Of a DNA stretch of 64,000 nt, positions 12,198-27,200 are shown piece after piece. Source of the DNA: Eledone cirrhosa. Lineage: Eukaryota. The notes beneath the pieces are model-generated. The model saw only the letters and a list, made by a program, of their open reading frames with translations, made no database searches and was not told the origin of the DNA. The number at the start of each line of letters is the position of its first letter. Positions within the stretch are counted from its first letter, which is position 1. The stretch spans positions 20,001-84,000 of the forward strand of contig CAXHJY010001758.1 of the NCBI GenBank assembly GCA_964016885.1. The letters are read 5' to 3'. Position numbers and translations under genes: made by a program.

Positions 12198-14921
12198 TCA
12201 CGCCGCACATAGCCAATGAGTGTCTGCACATGTACCAGTAATTACAGATCGATCCGACCACGGGCGGCCGGCCCGCGATTGAAAAGGTAACTCCGCCGGC
12301 AAATCGTCATTTTTGGATTCGTTTTCTTCGAAGCACACCATTCGCCGGCGGACTTTGTTGACGTTTAACACGGTTTGGTTCCACAGCCACAACTATTGAA
12401 TTTACGGAGATATCTTGCTGAAATTCACGCCACACATAGCCAATGAGTGTCTGCACATGTACCAGTAATTACAGATCGATCCGACCACGGGCGGCCGACC
12501 CGCGATTGAAAAGGTAACTCCGCCGGCAAATCGTCATTTTTGGATTCGTTTTCTTCGAAGCACACCATTCGCCGGCGGACTTTGTTGACGTTTAACACGG
12601 TTTGGTTCCACAGCCACAACTATTGATTTTACGGAGATATCTTGCTGAAATTCACGCCGCACATAGCCAATGAGTGTCTGCACATGTACCAGTAATTACA
12701 GATCGATCCGACCACGGGCGGCCGGCCCGCGATTGAAAAGGTAACTCCGCCGGCAAATCGTCATTTTTGGATTCGTTTTCTTCGAAGCACACCATTCGCC
12801 GGCGGACTTTGTTGACGTTTAACACGGTTTGGTTCCACAGCCACAACTATTGAATTTACGGAGATATCTTGCTGAAATTCACGCCACACATAGCCAATGA
12901 GTGTCTGCACATGTACCAGTAATTACAGATCGATCCGACCACGGGCGGCCGGCCCGCGATTGAAAAGGTAACTCCGCCGGCAAATCGTCATTTTTGGATT
13001 CGTTTTCTTCGAAGCACACCATTCGCCGGCGGACTTTGTTGACGTTTAACACGGTTTGGTTCCACAGCCACAACTATTGATGTTACGGAGATATCTTGCT
13101 GGAATTCACGCCGCACATAGCCAATGAGTGTCTGCACATGTACCAGTAATTACAGATCGATCCGACCACGGGCGGCCGGCCCGCGATTTTAAAGGTAACT
13201 CCGCCGGCAAATCGTCATTTTTGGATTCGTTTTCTTCGAAGCACACCATTCGCCGGCGGACTTTGTTGACGTTTAACACGGTTTGGTTCCACAGCCACAA
13301 CTATTGATTTTACGGAGATATCTTGCTGAAATTCACGCCGCACATAGCCAATGAGTGTCTGCACATGTACCAGTAATTACAGATCGATCCGACCACGGGC
13401 GGCCGGCCCGCGATTGAAAAGGTAACTCCGCCGGCAAATCGTCATTTTTGGATTCGTTTTCTTCGAAGCACACCATTCGCCGGCGGACTTTGTTGACGTT
13501 TAACACGGTTTGGTTCCACAGCCACAACTATTGAATTTACGGAGATATCTTGCTGAAATTCACGCCACACATAGCCAATGAGTGTCTGCACATGTACCAG
13601 TAATTACAGATCGATCCGACCACGGGCGGCCGGCCCGCGATTGAAAAGGTAACTCCGCCGGCAAATCGTCATTTTTGGATTCGTTTTCTTCGAAGCACAC
13701 CATTCGCCGGCGGACTTTGTTGACGTTTAACACGGTTTGGTTCCACAGCCACAACTATTGAATTTACGGAGATATCTTGCTGAAATTCACGCCACACATA
13801 GCCAATGAGTGTCTGCACATGTACCAGTAATTACAGATCGATCCGACCACGGGCGGCCGGCCCGCGATTGAAAAGGTAACTCCGCCGGCAAATCGTCATT
13901 TTTGGATTCGTTTTCTTCGAAGCACACCATTCGCCGGCGGACTTTGTTGACGTTTAACACGGTTTGGTTCCACAGCCACAACTATTGATGTTACGGAGAT
14001 ATCTTGCTGGAATTCACGCCGCACATAGCCAATGAGTGTCTGCACATGTACCAGTAATTACAGATCGATCCGACCACGGGCGGCCGGCCCGCGATTTTAA
14101 AGGTAACTCCGCCGGCAAATCGTCATTTTTGGATTCGTTTTCTTCGAAGCACACCATTCGCCGGCGGACTTTGTTGACGTTTAACACGGTTTGGTTCCAC
14201 AGCCACAACTATTGAATTTACGGAGATATCTTGCTGAAATTCACGCCACACATAGCCAATGAGTGTCTGCACATGTACCAGTAATTACAGATCGATCCGA
14301 CCACGGGCGGCCGGCCCGCGATTGAAAAGGTAACTCCGCCGGCAAATCGTCATTTTTGGATTCGTTTTCTTCGAAACACACCATTCGCCGGCGGACTTTG
14401 TTGACGTTTAACACGGTTTGGTTCCACAGCCACAACTATTGATGTTACGGAGATATCTTGCTGGAATTCACGCCGCAAATAGCCAATGAGTGTCTACACA
14501 TGTACCAGTAATTACAGATCGATCCGACCACGGGCGGCCGGCCCGCGATTTTAAAGGTAACTCCGCCGGCAAATCGTCATTTTTGGATTCGTTTTCTTCG
14601 AAGCACACCATTCGCCGGCGGACTTTGTTGACGTTTAACACGGTTTGGTTCCACAGCCACAACTATTGATTTTACGGAGATATCTTGCTGAAATTCACGC
14701 CGCACATAGCCAATGAGTGTCTGCACATGTACCAGTAATTACAGATCGATCCGACCACGGGCGGCCGGCCCGCGATTGAAAAGGTAACTCCGCCGGCAAA
14801 TCGTCATTTTTGGATTCGTTTTCTTCGAAGCACACCATTCGCCGGCGGACTTTGTTGACGTTTAACACGGTTTGGTTCCACAGCCACAACTATTGAATTT
14901 ACGGAGATATCTTGCTGAAAT

Positions 14922-17900
14922 TCACGCCACACATAGCCAATGAGTGTCTGCACATGTACCAGTAATTACAGATCGATCCGACCACGGGCGGCCGGCCCGC
15001 GATTGAAAAGGTAACTCCGCCGGCAAATCGTCATTTTTGGATTCGTTTTCTTCGAAGCACACCATTCGCCGGCGGACTTTGTTGACGTTTAACACGGTTT
15101 GGTTCCACAGCCACAACTATTGATGTTACGGAGATATCTTGCTGGAATTCACGCCGCACATAGCCAATGAGTGTCTGCACATGTACCAGTAATTACAGAT
15201 CGATCCGACCACGGGCGGCCGGCCCGCGATTTTAAAGGTAACTCCGCCGGCAAATCGTCATTTTTGGATTCGTTTTCTTCGAAGCACACCATTCGCCGGC
15301 GGACTTTGTTGACGTTTAACACGGTTTGGTTCCACAGCCACAACTATTGATTTTACGGAGATATCTTGCTGAAATTCACGCCGCACATAGCCAATGAGTG
15401 TCTGCACATGTACCAGTAATTACAGATCGATCCGACCACGGGCGGCCGGCCCGCGATTGAAAAGGTAACTCCGCCGGCAAATCGTCATTTTTGGATTCGT
15501 TTTCTTCGAAGCACACCATTCGCCGGCGGACTTTGTTGACGTTTAACACGGTTTGGTTCCACAGCCACAACTATTGAATTTACGGAGATATCTTGCTGAA
15601 ATTCACGCCACACATAGCCAATGAGTGTCTGCACATGTACCAGTAATTACAGATCGATCCGACCACGGGCGGCCGGCCCGCGATTGAAAAGGTAACTCCG
15701 CCGGCAAATCGTCATTTTTGGATTCGTTTTCTTCGAAGCACACCATTCGCCGGCGGACTTTGTTGACGTTTAACACGGTTTGGTTCCACAGCCACAACTA
15801 TTGATGTTACGGAGATATCTTGCTGGAATTCACGCCGCACATAGCCAATGAGTGTCTGCACATGTACCAGTAATTACAGATCGATCCGACCACGGGCGGC
15901 CGGCCCGCGATTTTAAAGGTAACTCCGCCGGCAAATCGTCATTTTTGGATTCGTTTTCTTCGAAGCACACCATTCGCCGGCGGACTTTGTTGACGTTTAA
16001 CACGGTTTGGTTCCACAGCCACAACTATTGAATTTACGGAGATATCTTGCTGAAATTCACGCCACACATAGCCAATGAGTGTCTGCACATGTACCAGTAA
16101 TTACAGATCGATCCGACCACGGGCGGCCGGCCCGCGATTGAAAAGGTAACTCCGCCGGCAAATCGTCATTTTTGGATTCGTTTTCTTCGAAACACACCAT
16201 TCGCCGGCGGACTTTGTTGACGTTTAACACGGTTTGGTTCCACAGCCACAACTATTGATGTTACGGAGATATCTTGCTGGAATTCACGCCGCACATAGCC
16301 AATGAGTGTCTACACATGTACCAGTAATTACAGATCGATCCGACCACGGGCGGCCGGCCCGCGATTTTAAAGGTAACTCCGCCGGCAAATCGTCATTTTT
16401 GGATTCGTTTTCTTCGAAGCACACCATTCGCCGGCGGACTTTGTTGACGTTTAACACGGTTTGGTTCCACAGCCACAACTATTGATTTTACGGAGATATC
16501 TTGCTGAAATTCACGCCGCACATAGCCAATGAGTGTCTGCACATGTACCAGTAATTACAGATCGATCCGACCACGGGCGGCCGGCCCGCGATTGAAAAGG
16601 TAACTCCGCCGGCAAATCGTCATTTTTGGATTCGTTTTCTTCGAAGCACACCATTCGCCGGCGGACTTTGTTGACGTTTAACACGGTTTGGTTCCACAGC
16701 CACAACTATTGAATTTACGGAGATATCTTGCTGAAATTCACGCCACACATAGCCAATGAGTGTCTGCACATGTACCAGTAATTACAGATCGATCCGACCA
16801 CGGGCGGCCGGCCCGCGATTGAAAAGGTAACTCCGCCGGCAAATCGTCATTTTTGGATTCGTTTTCTTCGAAGCACACCATTCGCCGGCGGACTTTGTTG
16901 ACGTTTAACACGGTTTGGTTCCACAGCCACAACTATTGATTTTACGGAGATATCTTGCTGAAATTCACGCCACACATAGCCAATGAGTGTCTGCACATGT
17001 ACCAGTAATTACAGATCGATCCGACCACGGGCGGCCGGCCCGCGATTGAAAAGGTAACTCCGCCGGCAAATCGTCATTTTTGGATTCGTTTTCTTCGAAG
17101 CACACCATTCGCCGGCGGACTTTGTTGACGTTTAACACGGTTTGGTTCCACAGCCACAACTATTGAATTTACGGAGATATCTTGCTGAAATTCACGCCAC
17201 ACATAGCCAATGAGTGTCTGCACATGTACCAGTAATTACAGATCGATCCGACCACGGGCGGCCGGCCCGCGATTGAAAAGGTAACTCCGCCGGCAAATCG
17301 TCATTTTTGGATTCGTTTTCTTCGAAGCACACCATTCGCCGGCGGACTTTGTTGACGTTTAACACGGTTTGGTTCCACAGCCACAACTATTGATGTTACG
17401 GAGATATCTTGCTGGAATTCACGCCGCACATAGCCAATGAGTGTCTGCACATGTACCAGTAATTACAGATCGATCCGACCACGGGCGGCCGGCCCGCGAT
17501 TTTAAAGGTAACTCCGCCGGCAAATCGTCATTTTTGGATTCGTTTTCTTCGAAGCACACCATTCGCCGGCGGACTTTGTTGACGTTTAACACGGTTTGGT
17601 TCCACAGCCACAACTATTGATTTTACGGAGATATCTTGCTGAAATTCACGCCGCACATAGCCAATGAGTGTCTGCACATGTACCAGTAATTACAGATCGA
17701 TCCGACCACGGGCGGCCGGCCCGCGATTGAAAAGGTAACTCCGCCGGCAAATCGTCATTTTTGGATTCGTTTTCTTCGAAGCACACCATTCGCCGGCGGA
17801 CTTTGTTGACGTTTAACACGGTTTGGTTCCACAGCCACAACTATTGAATTTACGGAGATATCTTGCTGAAATTCACGCCACACATAGCCAATGAGTGTCT

Positions 17901-19461
17901 GCACATGTACCAGTAATTACAGATCGATCCGACCACGGGCGGCCGGCCCGCGATTGAAAAGGTAACTCCGCCGGCAAATCGTCATTTTTGGATTCGTTTT
18001 CTTCGAAGCACACCATTCGCCGGCGGACTTTGTTGACGTTTAACACGGTTTGGTTCCACAGCCACAACTATTGATGTTACGGAGATATCTTGCTGGAATT
18101 CACGCCGCACATAGCCAATGAGTGTCTGCACATGTACCAGTAATTACAGATCGATCCGACCACGGGCGGCCGGCCCGCGATTTTAAAGGTAACTCCGCCG
18201 GCAAATCGTCATTTTTGGATTCGTTTTCTTCGAAGCACACCATTCGCCGGCGGACTTTGTTGACGTTTAACACGGTTTGGTTCCACAGCCACAACTATTG
18301 AATTTACGGAGATATCTTGCTGAAATTCACGCCACACATAGCCAATGAGTGTCTGCACATGTACCAGTAATTACAGATCGATCCGACCACGGGCGGCCGG
18401 CCCGCGATTGAAAAGGTAACTCCGCCGGCAAATCGTCATTTTTGGATTCGTTTTCTTCGAAACACACCATTCGCCGGCGGACTTTGTTGACGTTTAACAC
18501 GGTTTGGTTCCACAGCCACAACTATTGATGTTACGGAGATATCTTGCTGGAATTCACGCCGCACATAGCCAATGAGTGTCTACACATGTACCAGTAATTA
18601 CAGATCGATCCGACCACGGGCGGCCGGCCCGCGATTTTAAAGGTAACTCCGCCGGCAAATCGTCATTTTTGGATTCGTTTTCTTCGAAGCACACCATTCG
18701 CCGGCGGACTTTGTTGACGTTTAACACGGTTTGGTTCCACAGCCACAACTATTGATTTTACGGAGATATCTTGCTGAAATTCACGCCGCACATAGCCAAT
18801 GAGTGTCTGCACATGTACCAGTAATTACAGATCGATCCGACCACGGGCGGCCGGCCCGCGATTGAAAAGGTAACTCCGCCGGCAAATCGTCATTTTTGGA
18901 TTCGTTTTCTTCGAAGCACACCATTCGCCGGCGGACTTTGTTGACGTTTAACACGGTTTGGTTCCACAGCCACAACTATTGAATTTACGGAGATATCTTG
19001 CTGAAATTCACGCCACACATAGCCAATGAGTGTCTGCACATGTACCAGTAATTACAGATCGATCCGACCACGGGCGGCCGGCCCGCGATTGAAAAGGTAA
19101 CTCCGCCGGCAAATCGTCATTTTTGGATTCGTTTTCTTCGAAGCACACCATTCGCCGGCGGACTTTGTTGACGTTTAACACGGTTTGGTTCCACAGCCAC
19201 AACTATTGATTTTACGGAGATATCTTGCTGAAATTCACGCCACACATAGCCAATGAGTGTCTGCACATGTACCAGTAATTACAGATCGATCCGACCACGG
19301 GCGGCCGGCCCGCGATTGAAAAGGTAACTCCGCCGGCAAATCGTCATTTTTGGATTCGTTTTCTTCGAAGCACACCATTCGCCGGCGGACTTTGTTGACG
19401 TTTAACACGGTTTGGTTCCACAGCCACAACTATTGATTTTACGGAGATATCTTGCTGAAAT
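14922..19461. repeat. Tandem duplication of a 10-monomer (2270 bp) unit
   Basis: The ordered variant string of units 14922-17191 repeats at 17192-19461, with TCTAC (ORF VD) units at 16284 and 18554 and matching 142-144 alleles where checked. Confidence 0.8.
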
Positions 19462-20578
19462 TCACGCCGCACATAGCCAATGAGTGTCTGCACATGTACC
19501 AGTAATTACAGATCGATCCGACCACGGGCGGCCGGCCCGCGATTGAAAAGGTAACTCCGCCGGCAAATCGTCATTTTTGGATTCGTTTTCTTCGAAGCAC
19601 ACCATTCGCCGGCGGACTTTGTTGACGTTTAACACGGTTTGGTTCCACAGCCACAACTATTGAATTTACGGAGAAATCTTGCTGAAATTCACGCCACACA
19701 TAGCCAATGAGTGTCTGCACATGTACCAGTAATTACAGATCGATCCGACCACGGGCGGCCGGCCCGCGATTGAAAAGGTAACTCCGCCGGCAAATCGTCA
19801 TTTTTGGATTCGTTTTCTTCGAAGCACACCATTCGCCGGCGGACTTTGTTGACGTTTAACACGGTTTGGTTCCACAGCCACAACTATTGATTTTACGGAG
19901 ATATCTTGCTGAAATTCACGCCGCACATAGCCAATGAGTGTCTGCACATGTACCAGTAATTACAGATCGATCCGACCACGGGCGGCCGGCCCGCGATTGA
20001 AAAGGTAACTCCGCCGGCAAATCGTCATTTTTGGATTCGTTTTCTTCGAAGCACACCATTCGCCGGCGGACTTTGTTGACGTTTAACACGGTTTGGTTCC
20101 ACAGCCACAACTATTGATTTTACGGAGATATCTTGCTGAGATTCACGCCGCACATAGCCAATGAGTGTCTGCACATGTACCAGTAATTACAGATCGATCC
20201 GACCACGGGCGGCCGGCCCGCGATTGAAAAGGTAACTCCGCCGGCAAATCGTCATTTTTGGATTCGTTTTCTTCGAAGCACACCATTCGCCGGCGGACTT
20301 TGTTGACGTTTAACACGGTTTGGTTCCACAGCCACAACTATTGATTTTACGGAGATATCTTGCTGAAATTCACGCCGCACATAGCCAATGAGTGTCTGCA
20401 CATGTACCAGTAATTACAGATCGATCCGACCACGGGCGGCCGGCCCGCGATTGAAAAGGTAACTCCGCCGGCAAATCGTCATTTTTGGATTCGTTTTCTT
20501 CGAAGCACACCATTCGCCGGCGGACTTTGTTGACGTTTAACACGGTTTGGTTCCACAGCCACAACTATTGAATTTACG

Positions 20579-20580
20579 GG
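20579..20580 (+). other. Only indel seen in the array: 1-bp deletion (ACGGAGATATC to ACGGGATATC), giving a 226-bp monomer
   Basis: The sequence at 20571-20590 reads AATTTACGGGATATCTTGCT, and the ORF spacing from 20370 to 20596 is 226. Confidence 0.95.
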
Positions 20581-23500
20581 ATATCTTGCTGAAATTCACG
20601 CCACACATAGCCAATGAGTGTCTGCACATGTACCAGTAATTACAGATCGATCCCACCACGGGCGGCCGGCCCGCGATTGAAAAGGTAACTCCGCCGGCAA
20701 ATCGTCATTTTTCGATTCGTTTTCTTCGAAGCACACCATTCGCCGGCGGACTTTGTTGACGTTTAACACGGTTTGGTTCCACAGCCACAACTATTGATGT
20801 TACGGAGATATCTTGCTGGAATTCACGCCGCACATAGCCAATGAGTGTCTGCACATGTACCAGTAATTACAGATCGATCCGACCACGGGCGGCCGGCCCG
20901 CGATTTTAAAGGTAACTCCGCCGGCAAATCGTCATTTTTGGATTCGTTTTCTTCGAAGCACACCATTCGCCGGCGGACTTTGTTGACGTTTAACACGGTT
21001 TGGTTCCACAGCCACAACTATTGATTTTACGGAGATATCTTGCTGAAATTCACGCCGCACATAGCCAATGAGTGTCTGCACATGTACCAGTAATTACAGA
21101 TCGATCCGACCACGGGCGGCCGGCCCGCGATTGAAAAGGTAACTCCGCCGGCAAATCGTCATTTTTGGATTCGTTTTCTTCGAAGCACACCATTCGCCGG
21201 CGGACTTTGTTGACGTTTAACACGGTTTGGTTCCACAGCCACAACTATTGAATTTACGGAGATATCTTGCTGAAATTCACGCCACACATAGCCAATGAGT
21301 GTCTGCACATGTACCAGTAATTACAGATCGATCCGACCACGGGCGGCCGGCCCGCGATTGAAAAGGTAACTCCGCCGGCAAATCGTCATTTTTGGATTCG
21401 TTTTCTTCGAAACACACCATTCGCCGGCGGACTTTGTTGACGTTTAACACGGTTTGGTTCCACAGCCACAACTATTGATGTTACGGAGATATCTTGCTGG
21501 AATTCACGCCGCACATAGCCAATGAGTGTCTACACATGTACCAGTAATTACAGATCGATCCGACCACGGGCGGCCGGCCCGCGATTTTAAAGGTAACTCC
21601 GCCGGCAAATCGTCATTTTTGGATTCGTTTTCTTCGAAGCACACCATTCGCCGGCGGACTTTGTTGACGTTTAACACGGTTTGGTTCCACAGCCACAACT
21701 ATTGATTTTACGGAGATATCTTGCTGAAATTCACGCCGCACATAGCCAATGAGTGTCTGCACATGTACCAGTAATTACAGATCGATCCGACCACGGGCGG
21801 CCGGCCCGCGATTGAAAAGGTAACTCCGCCGGCAAATCGTCATTTTTGGATTCGTTTTCTTCGAAGCACACCATTCGCCGGCGGACTTTGTTGACGTTTA
21901 ACACGGTTTGGTTCCACAGCCACAACTATTGATTTTACGGAGATATCTTGCTGAAATTCACGCCGCACATAGCCAATGAGTGTCTGCACATGTACCAGTA
22001 ATTACAGATCGATCCGACCACGGGCGGCCGGCCCGCGATTGAAAAGGTAACTCCGCCGGCAAATCGTCATTTTTGGATTCGTTTTCTTCGAAGCACACCA
22101 TTCGCCGGCGGACTTTGTTGACGTTTAACACGGTTTGGTTCCACAGCCACAACTATTGAATTTACGGAGATATCTTGCTGAAATTCACGCCACACATAGC
22201 CAATGAGTGTCTGCACATGTACCAGTAATTACAGATCGATCCGACCACGGGCGGCCGGCCCGCGATTGAAAAGGTAACTCCGCCGGCAAATCGTCATTTT
22301 TGGATTCGTTTTCTTCGAAGCACACCATTCGCCGGCGGACTTTGTTGACGTTTAACACGGTTTGGTTCCACAGCCACAACTATTGATGTTACGGAGATAT
22401 CTTGCTGGAATTCACGCCGCACATAGCCAATGAGTGTCTGCACATGTACCAGTAATTACAGATCGATCCGACCACGGGCGGCCGGCCCGCGATTTTAAAG
22501 GTAACTCCGCCGGCAAATCGTCATTTTTGGATTCGTTTTCTTCGAAGCACACCATTCGCCGGCGGACTTTGTTGACGTTTAACACGGTTTGGTTCCACAG
22601 CCACAACTATTGAATTTACGGAGATATCTTGCTGAAATTCACGCCACACATAGCCAATGAGTGTCTGCACATGTACCAGTAATTACAGATCGATCCGACC
22701 ACGGGCGGCCGGCCCGCGATTGAAAAGGTAACTCCGCCGGCAAATCGTCATTTTTGGATTCGTTTTCTTCGAAACACACCATTCGCCGGCGGACTTTGTT
22801 GACGTTTAACACGGTTTGGTTCCACAGCCACAACTATTGATGTTACGGAGATATCTTGCTGGAATTCACGCCGCACATAGCCAATGAGTGTCTACACATG
22901 TACCAGTAATTACAGATCGATCCGACCACGGGCGGCCGGCCCGCGATTTTAAAGGTAACTCCGCCGGCAAATCGTCATTTTTGGATTCGTTTTCTTCGAA
23001 GCACACCATTCGCCGGCGGACTTTGTTGACGTTTAACACGGTTTGGTTCCACAGCCACAACTATTGATTTTACGGAGATATCTTGCTGAAATTCACGCCG
23101 CACATAGCCAATGAGTGTCTGCACATGTACCAGTAATTACAGATCGATCCGACCACGGGCGGCCGGCCCGCGATTGAAAAGGTAACTCCGCCGGCAAATC
23201 GTCATTTTTGGATTCGTTTTCTTCGAAGCACACCATTCGCCGGCGGACTTTGTTGACGTTTAACACGGTTTGGTTCCACAGCCACAACTATTGAATTTAC
23301 GGAGATATCTTGCTGAAATTCACGCCACACATAGCCAATGAGTGTCTGCACATGTACCAGTAATTACAGATCGATCCGACCACGGGCGGCCGGCCCGCGA
23401 TTGAAAAGGTAACTCCGCCGGCAAATCGTCATTTTTGGATTCGTTTTCTTCGAAGCACACCATTCGCCGGCGGACTTTGTTGACGTTTAACACGGTTTGG

Positions 23501-24227
23501 TTCCACAGCCACAACTATTGATTTTACGGAGATATCTTGCTGAAATTCACGCCACACATAGCCAATGAGTGTCTGCACATGTACCAGTAATTACAGATCG
23601 ATCCGACCACGGGCGGCCGGCCCGCGATTGAAAAGGTAACTCCGCCGGCAAATCGTCATTTTTGGATTCGTTTTCTTCGAAGCACACCATTCGCCGGCGG
23701 ACTTTGTTGACGTTTAACACGGTTTGGTTCCACAGCCACAACTATTGATTTTACGGAGATATCTTGCTGAAATTCACGCCGCACATAGCCAATGAGTGTC
23801 TGCACATGTACCAGTAATTACAGATCGATCCGACCACGGGCGGCCGGCCCGCGATTGAAAAGGTAACTCCGCCGGCAAATCGTCATTTTTGGATTCGTTT
23901 TCTTCGAAGCACACCATTCGCCGGCGGACTTTGTTGACGTTTAACACGGTTTGGTTCCACAGCCACAACTATTGAATTTACGGAGATATCTTGCTGAAAT
24001 TCACGCCACACATAGCCAATGAGTGTCTGCACATGTACCAGTAATTACAGATCGATCCGACCACGGGCGGCCGGCCCGCGATTGAAAAGGTAACTCCGCC
24101 GGCAAATCGTCATTTTTGGATTCGTTTTCTTCGAAGCACACCATTCGCCGGCGGACTTTGTTGACGTTTAACACGGTTTGGTTCCACAGCCACAACTATT
24201 GATTTTACGGAGATATCTTGCTGAAAT

Positions 24228-27200
24228 TCACGCCGCACATAGCCAATGAGTGTCTGCACATGTACCAGTAATTACAGATCGATCCGACCACGGGCGGCCG
24301 GCCCGCGATTGAAAAGGTAACTCCGCCGGCAAATCGTCATTTTTGGATTCGTTTTCTTCGAAGCACACCATTCGCCGGCGGACTTTGTTGACGTTTAACA
24401 CGGTTTGGTTCCACAGCCACAACTATTGAATTTACGGAGATATCTTGCTGAAATTCACGCCACACATAGCCAATGAGTGTCTGCACATGTACCAGTAATT
24501 ACAGATCGATCCGACCACGGGCGGCCGGCCCGCGATTGAAAAGGTAACTCCGCCGGCAAATCGTCATTTTTGGATTCGTTTTCTTCGAAGCACACCATTC
24601 GCCGGCGGACTTTGTTGACGTTTAACACGGTTTGGTTCCACAGCCACAACTATTGATGTTACGGAGATATCTTGCTGGAATTCACGCCGCACATAGCCAA
24701 TGAGTGTCTGCACATGTACCAGTAATTACAGATCGATCCGACCACGGGCGGCCGACCCGCGATTTTAAAGGTAACTCCGCCGGCAAATCGTCATTTTTGG
24801 ATTCGTTTTCTTCGAAGCACACCATTCGCCGGCGGACTTTGTTGACGTTTAACACGGTTTGGTTCCACAGCCACAACTATTGATTTTACGGAGATATCTT
24901 GCTGAAATTCACGCCGCACATAGCCAATGAGTGTCTGCACATGTACCAGTAATTACAGATCGATCCGACCACGGGCGGCCGGCCCGCGATTGAAAAGGTA
25001 ACTCCGCCGGCAAATCGTCATTTTTGGATTCGTTTTCTTCGAAGCACACCATTCGCCGGCGGACTTTGTTGACGTTTAACACGGTTTGGTTCCACAGCCA
25101 CAACTATTGAATTTACGGAGATATCTTGCTGAAATTCACGCCACACATAGCCAATGAGTGTCTGCACATGTACCAGTAATTACAGATCGATCCGACCACG
25201 GGCGGCCGGCCCGCGATTGAAAAGGTAACTCCGCCGGCAAATCGTCATTTTTGGATTCGTTTTCTTCGAAACACACCATTCGCCGGCGGACTTTGTTGAC
25301 GTTTAACACGGTTTGGTTCCACAGCCACAACTATTGATGTTACGGAGATATCTTGCTGGAATTCACGCCGCACATAGCCAATGAGTGTCTACACATGTAC
25401 CAGTAATTACAGATCGATCCGACCACGGGCGGCCGGCCCGCGATTTTAAAGGTAACTCCGCCGGCAAATCGTCATTTTTGGATTCGTTTTCTTCGAAGCA
25501 CACCATTCGCCGGCGGACTTTGTTGACGTTTAACACGGTTTGGTTCCACAGCCACAACTATTGATTTTACGGAGATATCTTGCTGAAATTCACGCCGCAC
25601 ATAGCCAATGAGTGTCTGCACATGTACCAGTAATTACAGATCGATCCGACCACGGGCGGCCGGCCCGCGATTGAAAAGGTAACTCCGCCGGCAAATCGTC
25701 ATTTTTGGATTCGTTTTCTTCGAAGCACACCATTCGCCGGCGGACTTTGTTGACGTTTAACACGGTTTGGTTCCACAGCCACAACTATTGAATTTACGGA
25801 GATATCTTGCTGAAATTCACGCCACACATAGCCAATGAGTGTCTGCACATGTACCAGTAATTACAGATCGATCCGACCACGGGCGGCCGGCCCGCGATTG
25901 AAAAGGTAACTCCGCCGGCAAATCGTCATTTTTGGATTCGTTTTCTTCGAAACACACCATTCGCCGGCGGACTTTGTTGACGTTTAACACGGTTTGGTTC
26001 CACAGCCACAACTATTGATGTTACGGAGATATCTTGCTGGAATTCACGCCGCACATAGCCAATGAGTGTCTACACATGTACCAGTAATTACAGATCGATC
26101 CGACCACGGGCGGCCGGCCCGCGATTTTAAAGGTAACTCCGCCGGCAAATCGTCATTTTTGGATTCGTTTTCTTCGAAGCACACCATTCGCCGGCGGACT
26201 TTGTTGACGTTTAACACGGTTTGGTTCCACAGCCACAACTATTGATTTTACGGAGATATCTTGCTGAAATTCACGCCGCACATAGCCAATGAGTGTCTGC
26301 ACATGTACCAGTAATTACAGATCGATCCGACCACGGGCGGCCGGCCCGCGATTGAAAAGGTAACTCCGCCGGCAAATCGTCATTTTTGGATTCGTTTTCT
26401 TCGAAGCACACCATTCGCCGGCGGACTTTGTTGACGTTTAACACGGTTTGGTTCCACAGCCACAACTATTGAATTTACGGAGATATCTTGCTGAAATTCA
26501 CGCCACACATAGCCAATGAGTGTCTGCACATGTACCAGTAATTACAGATCGATCCGACCACGGGCGGCCGGCCCGCGATTGAAAAGGTAACTCCGCCGGC
26601 AAATCGTCATTTTTGGATTCGTTTTCTTCGAAGCACACCATTCGCCGGCGGACTTTGTTGACGTTTAACACGGTTTGGTTCCACAGCCACAACTATTGAT
26701 GTTACGGAGATATCTTGCTGGAATTCACGCCGCACATAGCCAATGAGTGTCTGCACATGTACCAGTAATTACAGATCGATCCGACCACGGGCGGCCGACC
26801 CGCGATTTTAAAGGTAACTCCGCCGGCAAATCGTCATTTTTGGATTCGTTTTCTTCGAAGCACACCATTCGCCGGCGGACTTTGTTGACGTTTAACACGG
26901 TTTGGTTCCACAGCCACAACTATTGATTTTACGGAGATATCTTGCTGAAATTCACGCCGCACATAGCCAATGAGTGTCTGCACATGTACCAGTAATTACA
27001 GATCGATCCGACCACGGGCGGCCGGCCCGCGATTGAAAAGGTAACTCCGCCGGCAAATCGTCATTTTTGGATTCGTTTTCTTCGAAGCACACCATTCGCC
27101 GGCGGACTTTGTTGACGTTTAACACGGTTTGGTTCCACAGCCACAACTATTGAATTTACGGAGATATCTTGCTGAAATTCACGCCACACATAGCCAATGA

